This document shows positions 11,431-25,830 of a stretch of 64,000 bases of DNA, piece by piece. Each line of letters starts with the position of its first letter. Positions within the stretch are counted from its first letter, which is position 1. Made by a program: the position numbers and the translations under genes. The notes below the pieces were generated by a model that ran no database searches, was not told the DNA's origin, and saw only the letters and a list, made by a program, of their open reading frames with translations. Origin of the DNA: Schmidtea polychroa (taxonomy: Eukaryota); the NCBI GenBank assembly GCA_044892525.1, contig CM097885.1:134850001-134914000 (forward strand), read 5' to 3'.

Positions 11431-13330
11431 CTGACAATGTTTATTTGAAATAAAATTTCATACCACAATACCAAAGAACAAACAAATTTGACGTTTGAAA
11501 TATTTCTGACTATTCCCTTAGCCTCTACGCGACTTTTTACCTGTGGTGGAGTTGTTATAGTGTTGTCTTCAGCTATTTCCAGTAGGGCATCGTAAACTCC
11601 ACTAATTTGAAATCGACGCGCCCGAACGTCATCTAACCTACTTTCCCAACGAGTGGCACTTAACGGCTTTACAGTAATATCGTGTAAGTGTTTTAATAAT
11701 AGACTCCAACGGTGAGTTGATGCTAAGAAAAAGTTATAAATGCATTGAATTAAAGCAAAGAATGTGACAGTCTGCAGACAACTATTAGCTGCATCATTCA
11801 ATACCAAGTTGAGAGAGTGGGCACCACAAGGTACGAAAGAAGCTCGTGGATTTAATTGACGAATTTTGGCTTGAACACATTATATTCTCCGCTCATTTTG
11901 GCTCCATTATCGTACCCGTCCCCTCATGTCATTAAAATTTACGCATAATTCCTGCAACTTATCGATTACAACTTTTGTCATATTTGCTTAAGTTGTATCA
12001 TCTAATTCAAGAAAAGTTACGAACTGTTCAGAAACCATGACTTCAGGTGCTTTTTCTGAAGATGATTCAGTTGCACTGACAAACCTAAAAATAACTGTCA
12101 TCTGCTCCTTGTGGCTTATATCGGGAGTACAATCTAAAATAATTGAGTAGTACTTTGCTTATTTAACTTTGTTAAGACATGATCCTTGATTTTATTGGCA
12201 AGCGAATTCAACGATTTCATTTTGAATTGTTTTTCCGAGATATGTGTTGTGAATTTCACTTGTTGTTATTCGCCGAATATGTTTACTCATAATGGGATCA
12301 TAATTTCCTAAGAATTCAATAAATTTCAAAATATTTTCGTTATTTGACTCGAAAAGCTTTTCACAGGTTCCTCTTAATGCTAGATTTTGTCCAGCAAGAG
12401 TCCTAATTAATGTTATTATTCTTTCAAGAACTTTTCGCCAATGTTGTGTTTCAGATTGAATGTTTTTTCTGATTAATGTCATCAATGTAGTCCTTGATTT
12501 AAATATGCAGTAGTGTGGGCCCTTGATGTTTCATGTTGTTTGATAATAACAGAAAGGTTTTTCCAATCTCGCATCGTCGTTCGATGTTAAGGAGAATTTA
12601 TTAGGACTGAATATCTTACAGCAAAAGCAAAATACAGTGTCTTTTGTACTAGAGTATACAAGCCAATTGCGTTTAATTTTATCATCGTTAGACATTCGGC
12701 GATGAAAATGAAAGCAGGAATATTTTCTACCTTCTTCATTCTCGGGAAATGATACCGGGATTTTCTAAATCGGGCCATATTTTACCAGCAATGCTTTAAA
12801 TTTATCGTCTATTATAGGCCAGTTTGCCGGATCATTAAATTTTTTATTGTTTTTTGGGTCTTGATCAATTCGATCTTCAATATTTTACTTTTGTCCTATA
12901 TCATCGATGTTCTGAGCAACAACTTCATTTAAATTGAAAATAACTTCTAGTTCATCTAAATTTTCTGGTTCTTTAGCAGTATTTTCGTAAACAGAATCTC
13001 AATCGTTATCTTCAATAACATTCTCCGCACACTCTATTTCTCCGCCGTCTTTGATTTCAATTTCGCTTTCATTTTGGCTTAAAGCTGCTATAGGTGCATG
13101 TGCTGTATTGCTTGACAAACTTCTCAAAAACTGCAACAAAGCATTCTTCTGTTTGGCAGAATTTGACTCACGTTGAAGCCTAATATTTTTTAATTGTGAT
13201 CCGGACAAGCGTTGTCTCTTATTCCAGTGCATTATATTGTATCGGTTTCGGTTAAGTAATTTCAACTTTTAATTTTCTTAATGTTTCCTCGACTTTTAAA
13301 ACAAATATGAAATATCCATATCAACGCTTC
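11431..13330 (-). mobile_element. Decayed hAT (ZMYM1/Ac-like) transposase, 3'-truncated
   Basis: Motifs LAGQNLALRG, YYSIILDCTPD, GYDNGA, PCGAHSLNLVLNDAA and KPLSATRWESR across broken frames; no TIR identified. Confidence 0.88.
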
Positions 13331-13472
13331 TTTTTACAAAATGTATATTATGTAAAAAAATTACAACGTTCCCAGACACAAGTTCTAGTTTCGTTCATAA
13401 ATTAAAAGTTATAATTTAAAACTATATAAAATACCTGGTGAAGGTAGTATTTGTTTTTTCAAAAATTCTGGT

Positions 13473-15971
13473 CAGGGCCTCGCCAATGTGTTTTGGCGCC
13501 GGGGGCCAGCCAAAATTTGCCGCCCCTCCCCCCAATAAGTTTAAAAAAAATCTTAAGCAAATATTTTTCATAATAAAACAAAGAAATTATTATTTTTCAT
13601 ATATTTGCAAAAAACTTTTTATATTTATTTTTCTCACTATTTTGACTGCAAATTCATTAATTAGATCAGAAGTGTCTAAATCTGCTGCTATTTATTTTTC
13701 GATGCTGATCAAACTTAGGTTTGTTTATCGCTCTTGTGACTTAGTAGACCTTAGATAATTTTTTATCAGTTTAAGTTTAGAAAAGCTTCTTTCTCCAGAA
13801 GATACTGACATTGTCAAAAATACTCTTAATAATATTGAGATATTTGGGATACATTGGAGTAAGGTCATTTGTAAACATATAATTCAAAACAGATATTGCA
13901 TTCATGCCGGGCTTAATATATGTCAAAAGAATTTCAATTTCATCACATAAATCTAAAGCATTAATATTGGATTCATTTCGTCCATATTCTGTCAGTTTGA
14001 TTTGCAAATCCATGCAATATTTTATTCTAGTGTCTCGACTAAGTTCCTGCATCGAATAAATATCATTAAGAAACTGGAAAGTTTCATTATGAGCAGTCAT
14101 TTGTTCAAATCTTTCCTCTATTTTGGAAATTGCTGTACCTAAAATGGTGAAATAAAAATTTACTGTAAAATTTTCTAATGGAACTTCAGGATTTTCGTCT
14201 ACATTTTCATACATGAACATTCTCTTCTTTTTACGAGGTCTTATAACATCAACAGCATCGTAAAATTTGTTAACTGTTCCTCTAAATGCTAAGTTTTGTC
14301 CTGCTAAATACTGAACACCATTAATAATTCGTTCTATGACTAATCTCCATCTCTTTTTTTTTAAATTAATTAATTTTTCATTCATTGAATCAATAGTTTT
14401 ATTTTTACTTGTTAATTTATTTAAAACTAATCAAATGAGCTTTACTTTTTTCATGTCTCTCTATGGCTTGTGATAAGTGTCTCCAATCACAATACCCATT
14501 TTCATTATTAAATGCGTTATCATTATTTGTAAATAATTTACAATAAAAACAGTATACTAAATTTGTAGATATAGAATAAACTAGCCAATTTCTATTGATT
14601 TTTTCTCCATTACTTAAAGTTTTTATGTAGTAAGTCTTTTATCATTTATCGGAAAGTTAAAGTTTTTAATTTGTTTTGGTCCTATTGCTATTAATAACAT
14701 TCTTACTTCGTCTGTGATTTTAGGCCATAGACCTGGATCATCTAAATCTAATTGAATTATATTTGAGACGTCATTACTTTTATTTTTGCCGGAAATAGAT
14801 TCTGTTTCCTGATCTTCGGTTGTGTTGATTTGACTTGATATCTCGATATCCAATTGTGAAGATATTTCCTCCATTTCCATTGATGTAGATGACAAACTGC
14901 TTCCCCTCCCTCATTCTCAGAGATATCATCTTCATATTGTCCACATGAAAAATTTGACGATTTCTCTTCAGATTCAGCAGGCGTTGAATTACTTGAGGAA
15001 GGAACTGGTTGAAAAAAGCGTACAATTGAAGTACATTTTATCTTGATTTTTTCTTCTTTTTCAAGTTTTCGTTTCCTATATGCTGCACCCGATAACTTTC
15101 TTTTCTCAGACATCTAAAAAAATAGTAAAACAATTGTTTTAGTTTAGGCATTTTAATTTTATTTACTAAAAATTTGTTGTAGAAAACTATAATTACAAGA
15201 CTATTTTCAATAAATTAATTTTAAAATACGGTTCAATTATTTTAATCCATAAAGAATTCGATCAAAACTGGTAAAACGTACCTACCCTTCTTTTCGGTCA
15301 AAACTAGACAAACCTATATGAATTAAAAATTCCAACTTTGATCTAAAAAAATCCACAGAATCTAAAACTAAACTGATCAGCATTATTTTATATGCAATTG
15401 TAAGGTGAATTTCTTATGACCAAAATGATAGGAGTAAATACTAATGATTATTTATAAATACAGCAATGTAAAAGACAATGTAGAAAATTGTAGGTACTTA
15501 CATTTTTAGAATTCACAAAACAATTCACTTATACCTAACTATAAATACTAGACTGAACTAGACCAATTACATTATTAAATTTTTAAAATTTAATTACATT
15601 ATTAAACACTTGCGTCCTAAACTTCAGCATCTAACCCCCTCCTACTCTGGCCCGGATGCAGTTCCCGTTCCCACGGTCCATTGTCTTATCATCATATCTA
15701 TCGTAGCGCGGGTGCCAATGTGAACGAAGTGGTAATTGCCAACCTATTATTTTTAACATGATGTAGTAAATTTAATTCGTATTGCATTTTGAATTTCAAT
15801 TTACTCAAATTTACAAAAAGTTTGCGCATTTTATTGACAGAATATATTTTGCAATAAAGTGGGTACCTAAAATGTTAATTTATAATATCACGCGCGCTCG
15901 AATGCACATTTGGCGCTCGCGGCCCGCCCGTAAGCGGTGCACCCCTAGCACCCCCACTTGGCGCGGCCCTG
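13473..15971 (-). mobile_element. Internally deleted hAT element with both ends
   Basis: TIRs CAGGGCCTCGCCA / TGGCGCGGCCCTG (12/13). 8-bp TSD ATTCTGGT vs ATTATGGT. Transposase pieces: MSEKRKLSGAAYRKRK (15113), LAGQNLAFRG, and C-terminal dimerisation region (13560-14385). Confidence 0.9.
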
Positions 15972-16121
15972 ATTATGGTTAAAAAACGAAGAATTTTATT
16001 TTAAAAGACAGTTAACTAAGTTCAGTTAAAAATTACCTAATTTCATTCTGACAAATAATTTCATTCAAAAAAATATTTAACCCCTTTACCGTCAACTTCT
16101 TTATCTGAAATCGACCTTTAA

Positions 16122-17841
16122 CCACTTGCCGAGCGATTTTATTTCATGTTTTCGGTCAAAAAAAACTATTTTTTTAAATCATTAATTAATAGTATATAAT
16201 CAAAATATAACGTAAATATTTTTTTTTAATTTTCCGAGTTTGTATTCACTAATTATTAATTATTGTTATTATATAAAAAAATAAGAGCCACTGTGTAGAT
16301 ATCATCTCTTAGGATATTAAATAAGTGTCCCATCATAAAATTAGTCTACTGTGAGGCTATAAATAATACAGTGGATCATTCCTTTTACAAAACATATGTT
16401 TTTCAGATTCAAGCGTTTCCTAAACTGTTTCCCAAACGTCTGCGGTCAGTATCTTACCAGTGAATGGTTTTCAAAGAGTTCTTGTTATTAGATGGTATGT
16501 GTGAATTATTTAGAGAAAAATACGTAAACTTTGTATACAAAGATATATTATTACAAATACATAAAAATAAAATGAAATTATAATATAAATTGAAAATTAC
16601 TAAAACAAAATAGTATGGATTGCTTTTTAACTGCGAAGTAAAAATCAGCTCTGTGCTTCAGTCCATTTATAATATATAAACATCTGAAAAGAAAAAAAAT
16701 CGATAGCACACATAACCAATAAAAAAAATAATGAATGTTTCAAAACACTGACCTAGGGTACTGTATGATAAATTAGGAAACACGGCGTGCATAAAGTGAC
16801 GTTGCAAGGTCGACACATGTTTGTTGTTTGTTTTCTAATTTTTTGGCCCTCTGCGCCCCTTTTTTTTTGAACACAGATAACATGTTCTTCTAGGATGCGG
16901 CTGGTTGGCAGTTGGTGGTATCGGTTCAATGAAGTGCCTTTCGGTCAAACGTCGAGGATGAACAGCAGCAGGGGGTCTTCCGCGAGGGGTAAAACTCAAT
17001 AAGGGAAAATATTTGTTTATTGTTTTTCTATTACATCTAAACGATAATATAGGTGGGTTGAGCTTCCTCCCGATTTTTTATATAAAATATATGAATTCCA
17101 CAAACTGAGTTCCAATAAGTGAAAGAATATTTTCTTATAATATTTTTTACCCCTTTTCCTAGGGATTGGGTAGTCAGCAAGGTGTTGGTCTACGCAATCA
17201 ACTCCACCATTTGTATCATTGTAATCAACGACAACTCTTGGTTTCTTTTTTGCTACATTTTTTGAAATTGTTTCCACTGAGTCGTTGGTGTGAACTGTTG
17301 ATAATAATGGAACGTCTTTTTTATCTTTCCACATCAAAACTAGCATTTTCCCTTTTCTATATGCTACAGTTTTACCCCTCGCTAATTTTTTTGTTTTGAT
17401 GCTGGCAGGCATCCCTTTCCGCTTTTTTTGAACCGTGCCATACATATCCGTCGATCTAGCCACTAAAATTTCCGCCAATTTTGGAGATGTATAATAATTG
17501 TCTGTGGTAAGACAATATCCATTATCCAACAAAGGTTTCATCAGAGACAACACCACTTTCTCCGTTACTGGATGGCCCTGAAAATCATTATCGAAAGGAG
17601 TGTCTTTGCCTGTATATATGATTGTCTTCCAGACATATCCCGTTTTGGACTCACACAATGCAAATGTTTTTATGCCAAAACGAGCCCTTTTGGATAGTAT
17701 GCATTGTTTCCACGCCCGGGATCAGATTTCTGATTCAAAGGACAATATTTTTTCTATATGAGTTTGCGCTCACATGTGAGCGCTCGCCCGAAATGGTACA
17801 CATTTTTTGCACTCATATTTGAGCGCGCTCCAGGCAAGTGG
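16122..17841 (-). mobile_element. Internally deleted piggyBac element (PGBD4-like transposase C-terminal half)
   Basis: TTAA-CCACTTGCC ... GGCAAGTGG-TTAA ends. ORF 17017-17658 has LTTDNYYTS and DYNDTNGGVDCVDQ; Cys-rich tail (TCYLCS..MCRPCNVTLCTPCF..YH) ends near 16755. Confidence 0.93.
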
Positions 17842-19641
17842 TTAATTGGCGACTTTATTTGCGGCTATAAAAAAATTAATCTTTTAATTATTTTTCAAAC
17901 ATCTTTATCAACGATAACGAACAACTAATAACGAATAACAGTTAACTAATTAATAACAAATAAAGCAGTTTTTAGTATTGTTGTAAAGTAATGAGTAGTG
18001 GATAACAAGGTACTGAATAAGATGAACAATTGGTTTTCAAGTTTTTGTGTCTTGCTCCAACTTCTGTAAGAATATTTTTGCATTGTCTTCAATTTTATTT
18101 ATCTGACACACTAGAACAGCATAATAATAGTTGTTGTGATGATTTAGCCTATAGCGATGGGGTAATACAGCTACATTGAGGTTTGAAACGTTTTCTGAGA
18201 TTTCGTGGGAAATGTTTTTTGTATAATTTTTTATTTTATTTAGCCCTGCCATACATTATTGCTCTCAGCAGGGCTAGAGTTGTAGTAGAGTGCATGGTTA
18301 TTATGGTTTGATGTTTCTAAATGACCTAGAACGACGTATTTACGTTTAGCCGAGTATACTCGGGTCTACCGGTTATCAGCCGCTTTCGGCTTGGCGAGTA
18401 TCCTCGGGTCTTGGTTTTAATACTAACCACAGCATTGATTGAAAATAGTCAAATAATAAAAAAATAATAAAAATATTTATAAAATATTTGTTGCTACAGA
18501 ATGTATTGTCCGTTCGTTTACCATACAAATACGTTACAGTAAATTAAAACATTAAATTAAAACATTACTAAAAATATTTTGGCCCCCTAGAAGATTTAGA
18601 TGTTAATACGGATGAATTTCACATCAACAATTCTTTAAATTATATATAAAAATTACGGAAATGATAGAAAATTTGAATCAATAAAAGATGCAAAATAAAT
18701 CAGCCGTAAATGTGATATTCCAATGCCTTTTAAAGTGCCCAGGACACAAGAACAGGGAGGTTTTTCACTATAACAAAAAAGATAAAGTTTGAAAATTTCT
18801 TCTTTATCAAAGTTTTGGATTATGCAAGAAACGCGATGTATGACCGGTTTAAATTAGCATGAGCACATAATAAAAAAAATTTTTTGATTTTTAAAATTCT
18901 ATGACGATGAGTGAAAATAGATTTTTTTTCGAGTGCAAAAATTAGAACTGTTACTGGTAGATAAAACGGAAAAATATTTTGCAGGCCTCAATTTATTCCA
19001 CAAACTTCAAAATTTTAGAAATTCAAGCTATCGCTTATACAATAGATGCGTTATTGTTTTAATTTTTAATCAAATATAAAATAACAATTGTATTTTTTCT
19101 TCAATCGAATAAATTACTCCTCCTGAAAATGTCTTGGATCAACCTAAGGAACATACAAAACTGTAGTTAAGGGCTAAGAAATAAAATTTACAGAAAATTT
19201 TAATTTACAAGATATAAAATTGCAATTGAAAATTGTTCATTGGCTATGAGAAATTAATGAAANNNNNNNNNNNNNNNNNNNNNNNNNNNNNNNNNNNNNN
19301 NNNNNNNNNNNNNNNNNNNNNNNNNNNNNNNNNNNNNNNNNNNNNNNNNNNNNNNNNNNNNNNNNNNNNNNNNNNNNNNNNNNNNNNNNNNNNNNNNNNN
19401 NNNNNNNNNNNNNNNNNNCGCTTAAAATTAAAAAACTGAAACTATTTTAAAAGTATTCTTAATATTATTTTCATCAATAAAATAGTTGCTGCCTAAATAA
19501 AATATGGTTCCGTATTTTCATTTTTATATAGTTATGTAATATTTATCTTTTTAATATACCAAACTGAATAAAACAATAAAATAATTGAATAATTTGTATT
19601 TGAATGCGCAAAACGGTTAATTCTTGGTTTCGATAATATCT

Positions 19642-20765
19642 TTAGGTTCCATTAAAATGATTTTGATATCCAAATAATGGATAATTAATAATATTTTCTC
19701 CATAATGAGATTTTTTTTCGTGAAAATTATCATGGGAAAATTGATTCGGAAAACTATTATAAAACGAATTTAAATAGCTGCCGCTAAAATGTTCCGTGTT
19801 ATTATTAAATTTGATTTTTAGTTGATCAAAATCTTGAACATTTTTTATCATTGAACTCTCAGAATTTCTATTAGTTTCTTGGATTAAATTAGAATAAGAA
19901 TATTTTTCTAATTCGACTTCCTCTTTTAAAATTTCTTCCTTCGAACTAAATTACAATCCGAAAAATAAATAAATTTAATTTTAAAAACAGATATGATACA
20001 AAAGACTTACTTTTTCTTATTCAACGTTTTATCTCTTTGCCTACGGTTTTTAAACCAGTTAAAAATCTGTATTTTATTCAATTCGGTTTTTTCAGCAAGC
20101 AGTTTTCTTTCTTCAATACTCGGAAATGGAGATTTTTTGTACGCTTCATTTAATAACCTTCTAGTGCTCTGTCGGAAACAGTAAGTTGTTTCTTCACCGT
20201 CCCATATTGTATTCGGTCTGGGATATTTTTTACGGATTCTGTATTTTTGAACGGAATTCAAGGGACATTTTTTCGAAGCTTGCGTTTCTTCATAATGAGC
20301 ATCGTACCATAATTCTTGAAGATATTGATGATATTTTTGGGAGAATTTGAAACCTTTTATCAAATTATATAATTCAAAATAGTTTCTGTTTTTAAATAAA
20401 AATTGTAGTTGTTTTATTAACATTTCTTCATAATTATCCAGTTCGATTTGTTGTAATTGTTTTGTTTCTTCACAGTGAGCTTTGTACCATATTTCTTGAA
20501 GAAACATTTGATATTTTTGCGAGAATTTATGACTTTCAATAAGTTTATACAACTCTGGATAATTTCGATTTTTAAATAAAATTTCCAGGTGATTAATCAA
20601 CATTTCTTCGTATTTTTCATGCTGCTGTTGTTGTTGGTGAAATAAGTTAAAGTTTATTACATTGCTGTAATGAGAATCGGGTATATTATTAACTCCTAAG
20701 TTCCGTGGAAAATAACTCTTATCATTATAGATTGCATGGTTCATTAGATTATAATCTGAATACAT
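19642..20765 (-). CDS. six: Six/sine oculis family homeobox protein, 2 exons: 20765-20011 and 19945-19642 (352 aa)
   Basis: SIX-domain motifs (ELYKLIESHKFS, LQELWYDAHY, QKYRIRKKYPRPNTIWDGEETTYCF) and K50 homeodomain WFKNRRQR. A 65-nt GTAAGT...TTTAG intron joins in frame to ORF 19642-19851. The ETTY tetrapeptide lies between Six1/2 (ETSY) and Six4/5 (ETVY). Confidence 0.93.
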
Positions 20766-22043
20766 TTATGAAATATGATAAGTTTTTAATTTCCGTTTCT
20801 ATATATATACGGGAAAAAATTGATTGGTTATTTAGAGGGATTGCTAAATTCCTGCAATTTCATTGGTTAAAAATTTTTACTTTTTCGTTGCATAACATCT
20901 TGAATTTCTCAAACCTGACAATACGAGATTTTATTGTTATACATTTCACTTTTACAAAAAAGTATTTTTGTCATCTTTCAGTCAAACTGTATCGAAATTC
21001 ATCAATAAAAACAAATCTAAGATTTAACCGTCAAAAAAAAATTATTCATGCGTGAAATTTTAATTGAACTAATCGTTAAACAGGTGGCCATAATTAATGA
21101 TGAGAATAAATGTGGGAATTATACCGATACACCTGGCAATCAGTGTCACTATTTGAGTTACATAATTAATAACCACATTTAAATAATATTATAATAATTA
21201 AAATTTTTAACCCAATCGAAAAAATCGGAACTAATTATAGATTTTTTTTTGAATTTTTTCCATTTCTTAACAAGTTAAAAAGGTTATGATGCAACACCTT
21301 TTTAAAGATATTGGATTTCCTCGTGCCATTCTCAAATGACAAAAAGTGAAATTCAATACATTATTAGAAAATTTAAAATCATTATTGCATAATTTAAGTG
21401 TGCATAATTTACAGCTTGTCATTTTGAGGTTTCGATTGTGTAAAAGGCTGCAGGTGTATTCTTTTCAATTCTATTTGTCACAACTATAAATACTCAGACC
21501 TCAAAGTGTCTAATTATTTGGAGGATTTTTTCACTTTTATATACTAGTCAAAATGTCTAAATGACTTTACCAATCAATTATGCAAAATAAACAATTTAAA
21601 ATACATTGAGCATTGTTATAATATTAGTTTTAATTGTATCTATTTTGAAAAATATACATATGCAAAAATATATGGATAAATTTTGGGAAATGTGGAAATG
21701 TTGGCACTCTAGCCTTGTGTTTCATCGAAAAAACTAAATAAAGAAAAATACAAATGGATTTGTGTTTTTGAAGTATAATATAATATTCAAAGATTTAGGT
21801 ATCCGAAAGCAGTACATAAATTTGAACAAGCATCTTATTTTTAATTTAACTTTGTGAGCTTTCATATTACAAAATATTGAAAGTACAATATATATCGGAA
21901 CGTTTCATACAAAATGGCAATTTTAGAGACTATAGTTAGAGTTTATTTTATTAAAAATATTTGATTAACCAGAAATAAAATTTAATTTAATTCCATAATT
22001 TTTCTATGAACACTGTGTTTTCATTTGGCTAGTCAACTGCGAA

Positions 22044-22472
22044 CATGGGCGTCCACAGGAATTTTTCCAATGAGGGGGGGGCAAAAATATGTTTTTTACC
22101 AAGTAGACAATTTTTCTAGGGGGAAGACAGTTGAAAAAAATGCATGTGTATAATAAATATTTGGGGCATTATACAAAATAGGACTTTTATTCATTAATTT
22201 ACAAAATACAACACTTTTTTTTAAATAAGAACGTCAGTTAATATTGAAAGATTTTATACAAATAAGATGATTTGAAATCATTTATTTCCAGATATAATTA
22301 ATAACATTAAAAAAGCAGGAAGCCTCTTTAAATTAATTTTTTTTGTCTTGGATTTTTCCAACATTATTTGAGCATTTATTAAAATGTGTTTAACTTAATC
22401 GAAAAATCGAATGGTTTGGGAAATTCAGGGGGGCAAGTGCATCCAATTGCTCCCTCCCTTGCGGACGCCATG
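22044..22472. mobile_element. hAT-type MITE
   Basis: Ends CATGGGCGTCC ... GGACGCCATG; degenerate 8-bp TSD ACTGCGAA / TCAGCGAA. Confidence 0.7.
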
Positions 22473-24939
22473 TCAGCGAACATACATTTTTGGATCAAAA
22501 GAAGTAAGTGGAGAACTAGACAATTTTAGAGAGAGAGATATACGAAAGACGAACGCGTTGATGTAACTATTAAATTCATAGCTGAGAACTGTTACAGAGA
22601 TACAATGGCATGTATATAATCATTTAAAATATAATAATAATATAAATACGAAGCCAAATAAATTGTTGTATTTCTGCAATAATATACATTAAAAGATTAA
22701 TGGGGTTACTAAATTATTTAGCTTTTGAAATAATTTAGTTTTAGAAATAATTAGGTTTCGATTATTCATTATGTCCAGGGCTATATTATTTCTACACTTC
22801 ATACGCCTTTTTTATTATTAAATCGGCATCTGGACTGATATTTGTGGTAGCAATGCACAGTGTATTTCTAAATTTCAGAAATTTCATTTTAAAATCTGTT
22901 TTTTCTCTTATTTCCATTTGATATTTATCCATAAAATTATTAAAATCAGGGATATTGAATTTAAACAGAATCCCGTATAAAATTTAGCAGTCACGTAAAT
23001 AGGTTCAGTTGTAAATTTTACTCTTTAAATTACATTTCTTTTCACTTTTTACAAGTGCTTGCTCAACGAAAGACTAAGACAAGTGTTTAGGTCAACAGTT
23101 TCATTGCGGTTCGTCGGATATGTGTACTTTTTGTGAAATTATTCTATTTATTCGTTTACTGACTTACAGCACAAATTTAAATTATTCATGGACATAGCAC
23201 AATCTAAAAATGTTATAAACAATTTAATAAACACAAAATCAAAATGAAAATAACATAATTTCATTAGTTATATTCTTTGGTGACAGATTATTATACATGT
23301 TTAGAAAACATTCATAGGTCGGTTTACGCACGTTTGTAAACATACTTGCATTGTAGTGTTAAATCCTTTGTCGTTTATACACAAGACTTTCGATTTATAC
23401 GTTAAAAATTTATGAAAAGTTAAAAAAAGTCATGAAGTCATGTGAAACGCTAAATGGTCATTTACACTTCTTCAACCTTCTACGTGAAACACAGGTTTTA
23501 AAATCTTACAGTAAGACAATGAATTATATCTTTATAGACTCCCAGTAGAAGTTTCCTTGCTGAGTTTGTATAACTGAGTACTGAACCATGAGCAATTTGA
23601 TTAGTTACACAATTTTATTACTGACATTGCATGAATGGTGAAACGATGAAGGCTGTCAGAAGTGTCAGAACTGATGAAGCCTCTCACGATAAATATAATA
23701 AATAATAGGTAAATAATAGGCGATTGTTTTTCATTTTATTGCTGTACACTTATTTAACGGCAGGACCAAAATGCAAGTTATATTCAAATCGTATTCCATG
23801 ACACGTGGCCGAAGACCCATTGCAGAACAAATTTTATAGTCTTAGAATTTTTTCATAACTAAATATCTGATCTTTTCATGCTAAGCTATAGCTCGTCGAT
23901 ATGGCATTTGGACTTACTTCTGAAAATAAAATATAACCGTCAAAGTTTCAAAATGAGATTTTGTCTAAACTGGTTGATCGCAATCTAAATTATCTATTCA
24001 AATAAGTTAAAGATTTTTAATGAAATATTTATTAAAAGTAAAAAAGTGCATAATTAGATATGTAAACCATTGAAAAAGAGTTCTAGTAAATCCATAAATG
24101 ATTAATTTTTCAAATTTGAAACTGAAAAACGGGTCGAAGATAGAAGAGATAACCTGGAACAAAATGATAGGAAACATTCTATCGGAAAGTGAACGGGAAA
24201 TTATGAAAAGAATAATTTTTTTTAAAATACAAAATAATAATTAATTAATTAACGCATTAATTGAAAGAAATTCCACTGTATAAACTAACGGGAAAATAAA
24301 TAAATTGGCTTTTCAAGGACCGGTATCATAAATATTCCTGAGGTTCATATTTGTTGTTACTCTTCAGTCTTTGTAGCATATCAGTTTTTGGACTATTATC
24401 CTCTATTCATTTATTCGCAATATTTTCTGTCGTTGATTATTTTGTTAATTAATGCTTTCAATAATTTCACATTGCATTTTAATTTTCATTACTGATCTCT
24501 ATTTTTCTGGTATATTAGCTCCACCTTTCTACATTTTTCTAATGGAATGGTATATTTTATCCTTCCTTGTTGGATACAACGATTTTATAACGAGTTCATT
24601 AGCGATTTTGCCCATCAGGCCATATATATGTATATGATAAGTTGTAATTATTATTCGGTAGGATAGAGCCTGTAACCTAACTCGTCGTGTTCTCGATCAG
24701 AATAAGAACTTAAAACTATACTTTATTCCACAAATCACAATCGTTCTAGTTATCAACGATAATACTGGCAGATGACCGCCTCAAGCATAACACGAATACG
24801 ATTTTGTTCAATAGAAATTTATCTCGTTTCCTTTTTAACATTTCCTTGATAATCAGTAATAAATAATAAATTTATTGATTAACCAGAAAATATTGCAATA
24901 CAAATTTAATAACTTTATTTAACTGAAACACCTTAAGCC

Positions 24940-25830
24940 GTGCTAAATTTGCGTCTCTTTCGCATTAACAAAATCATATAAAAGTCTCAAATGTCATTTC
25001 CTTCATTAAGTCGTTTTCAATTGAAAGAAGTATAAGAAAATCAGGCTTGATTGACCCATTGATGACCGTAGATATTTTTTAATAAGTTGAATTTCGAGAA
25101 AAATTGTTCAGTTTCCGAATTTGTTTCAAAAGCAATATTTACATTTGGAAAACTTGTCACCAGATTATCCTCTATATTAAGTATTTCAGCCACATTTCAT
25201 TGTCACTGTCAGCATACGTTTGTGAGAACAAAAGAAATTTTTCTGTAAATACAGTTTCTAGATCTGATGAATATGTCCCCATTAATGTCTTGGTTTAGGA
25301 ACTATTTCATCATTTAACAAAGATGTAACAAGAAAAAAATGAACTTTCATGTGGTGTTGTATGAATTTCTTGCCGTTTTCCATCTCAGTAACATGTACAA
25401 AATTTGTCACTAGCTTTCATATTTACAGTCGGATGGTATCCACCAATAAAAGCGCGGACAATAAAGCCGCAGATAAATTTATATCGAATCGTGAATTAGG
25501 TGTTGATAACTAGATTCTAAAAAATACATATAGTGATTAAAATAAGATGTATGGACTAGCTGCAGATATTACCTTTTCTATCTGCACTTTTATTGTTCGA
25601 GCCTTTATTGTCCGCGCTGTTTTGCCCTGCCTTTATTTGGGTAAACCTCGTCGGATCAGTATTTTCCATAACTTTCTCATGAAATCGTATTGTATTAGAT
25701 ATTTTGCTATACTTTCAATTACACATACAATTTCTTAACTGTGCAAAATTCGATACAAGGGTCTTGCAGAGCTTTATTGACAATATCAAATTTTTGAAGC
25801 AGTTCTTTCCAAATCATACAAATGTTGAGG
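24940..25830 (-). mobile_element. hAT transposase C-terminal remnant, interrupted by a MITE
   Basis: Hand translation: IWKELLQKFDIVNKALQ, FPNVNIAF, LIKKYLRSSMGQ, LLSIENDL. Confidence 0.7.
25435..25647. mobile_element. Mutator/foldback-type MITE
   Basis: Imperfect GG..CC terminal inverted repeats with tandem GCGCGGACAATAAAG subrepeats; degenerate 9-bp TSD CAGTCGGAT / TCGTCGGAT. Confidence 0.6.
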
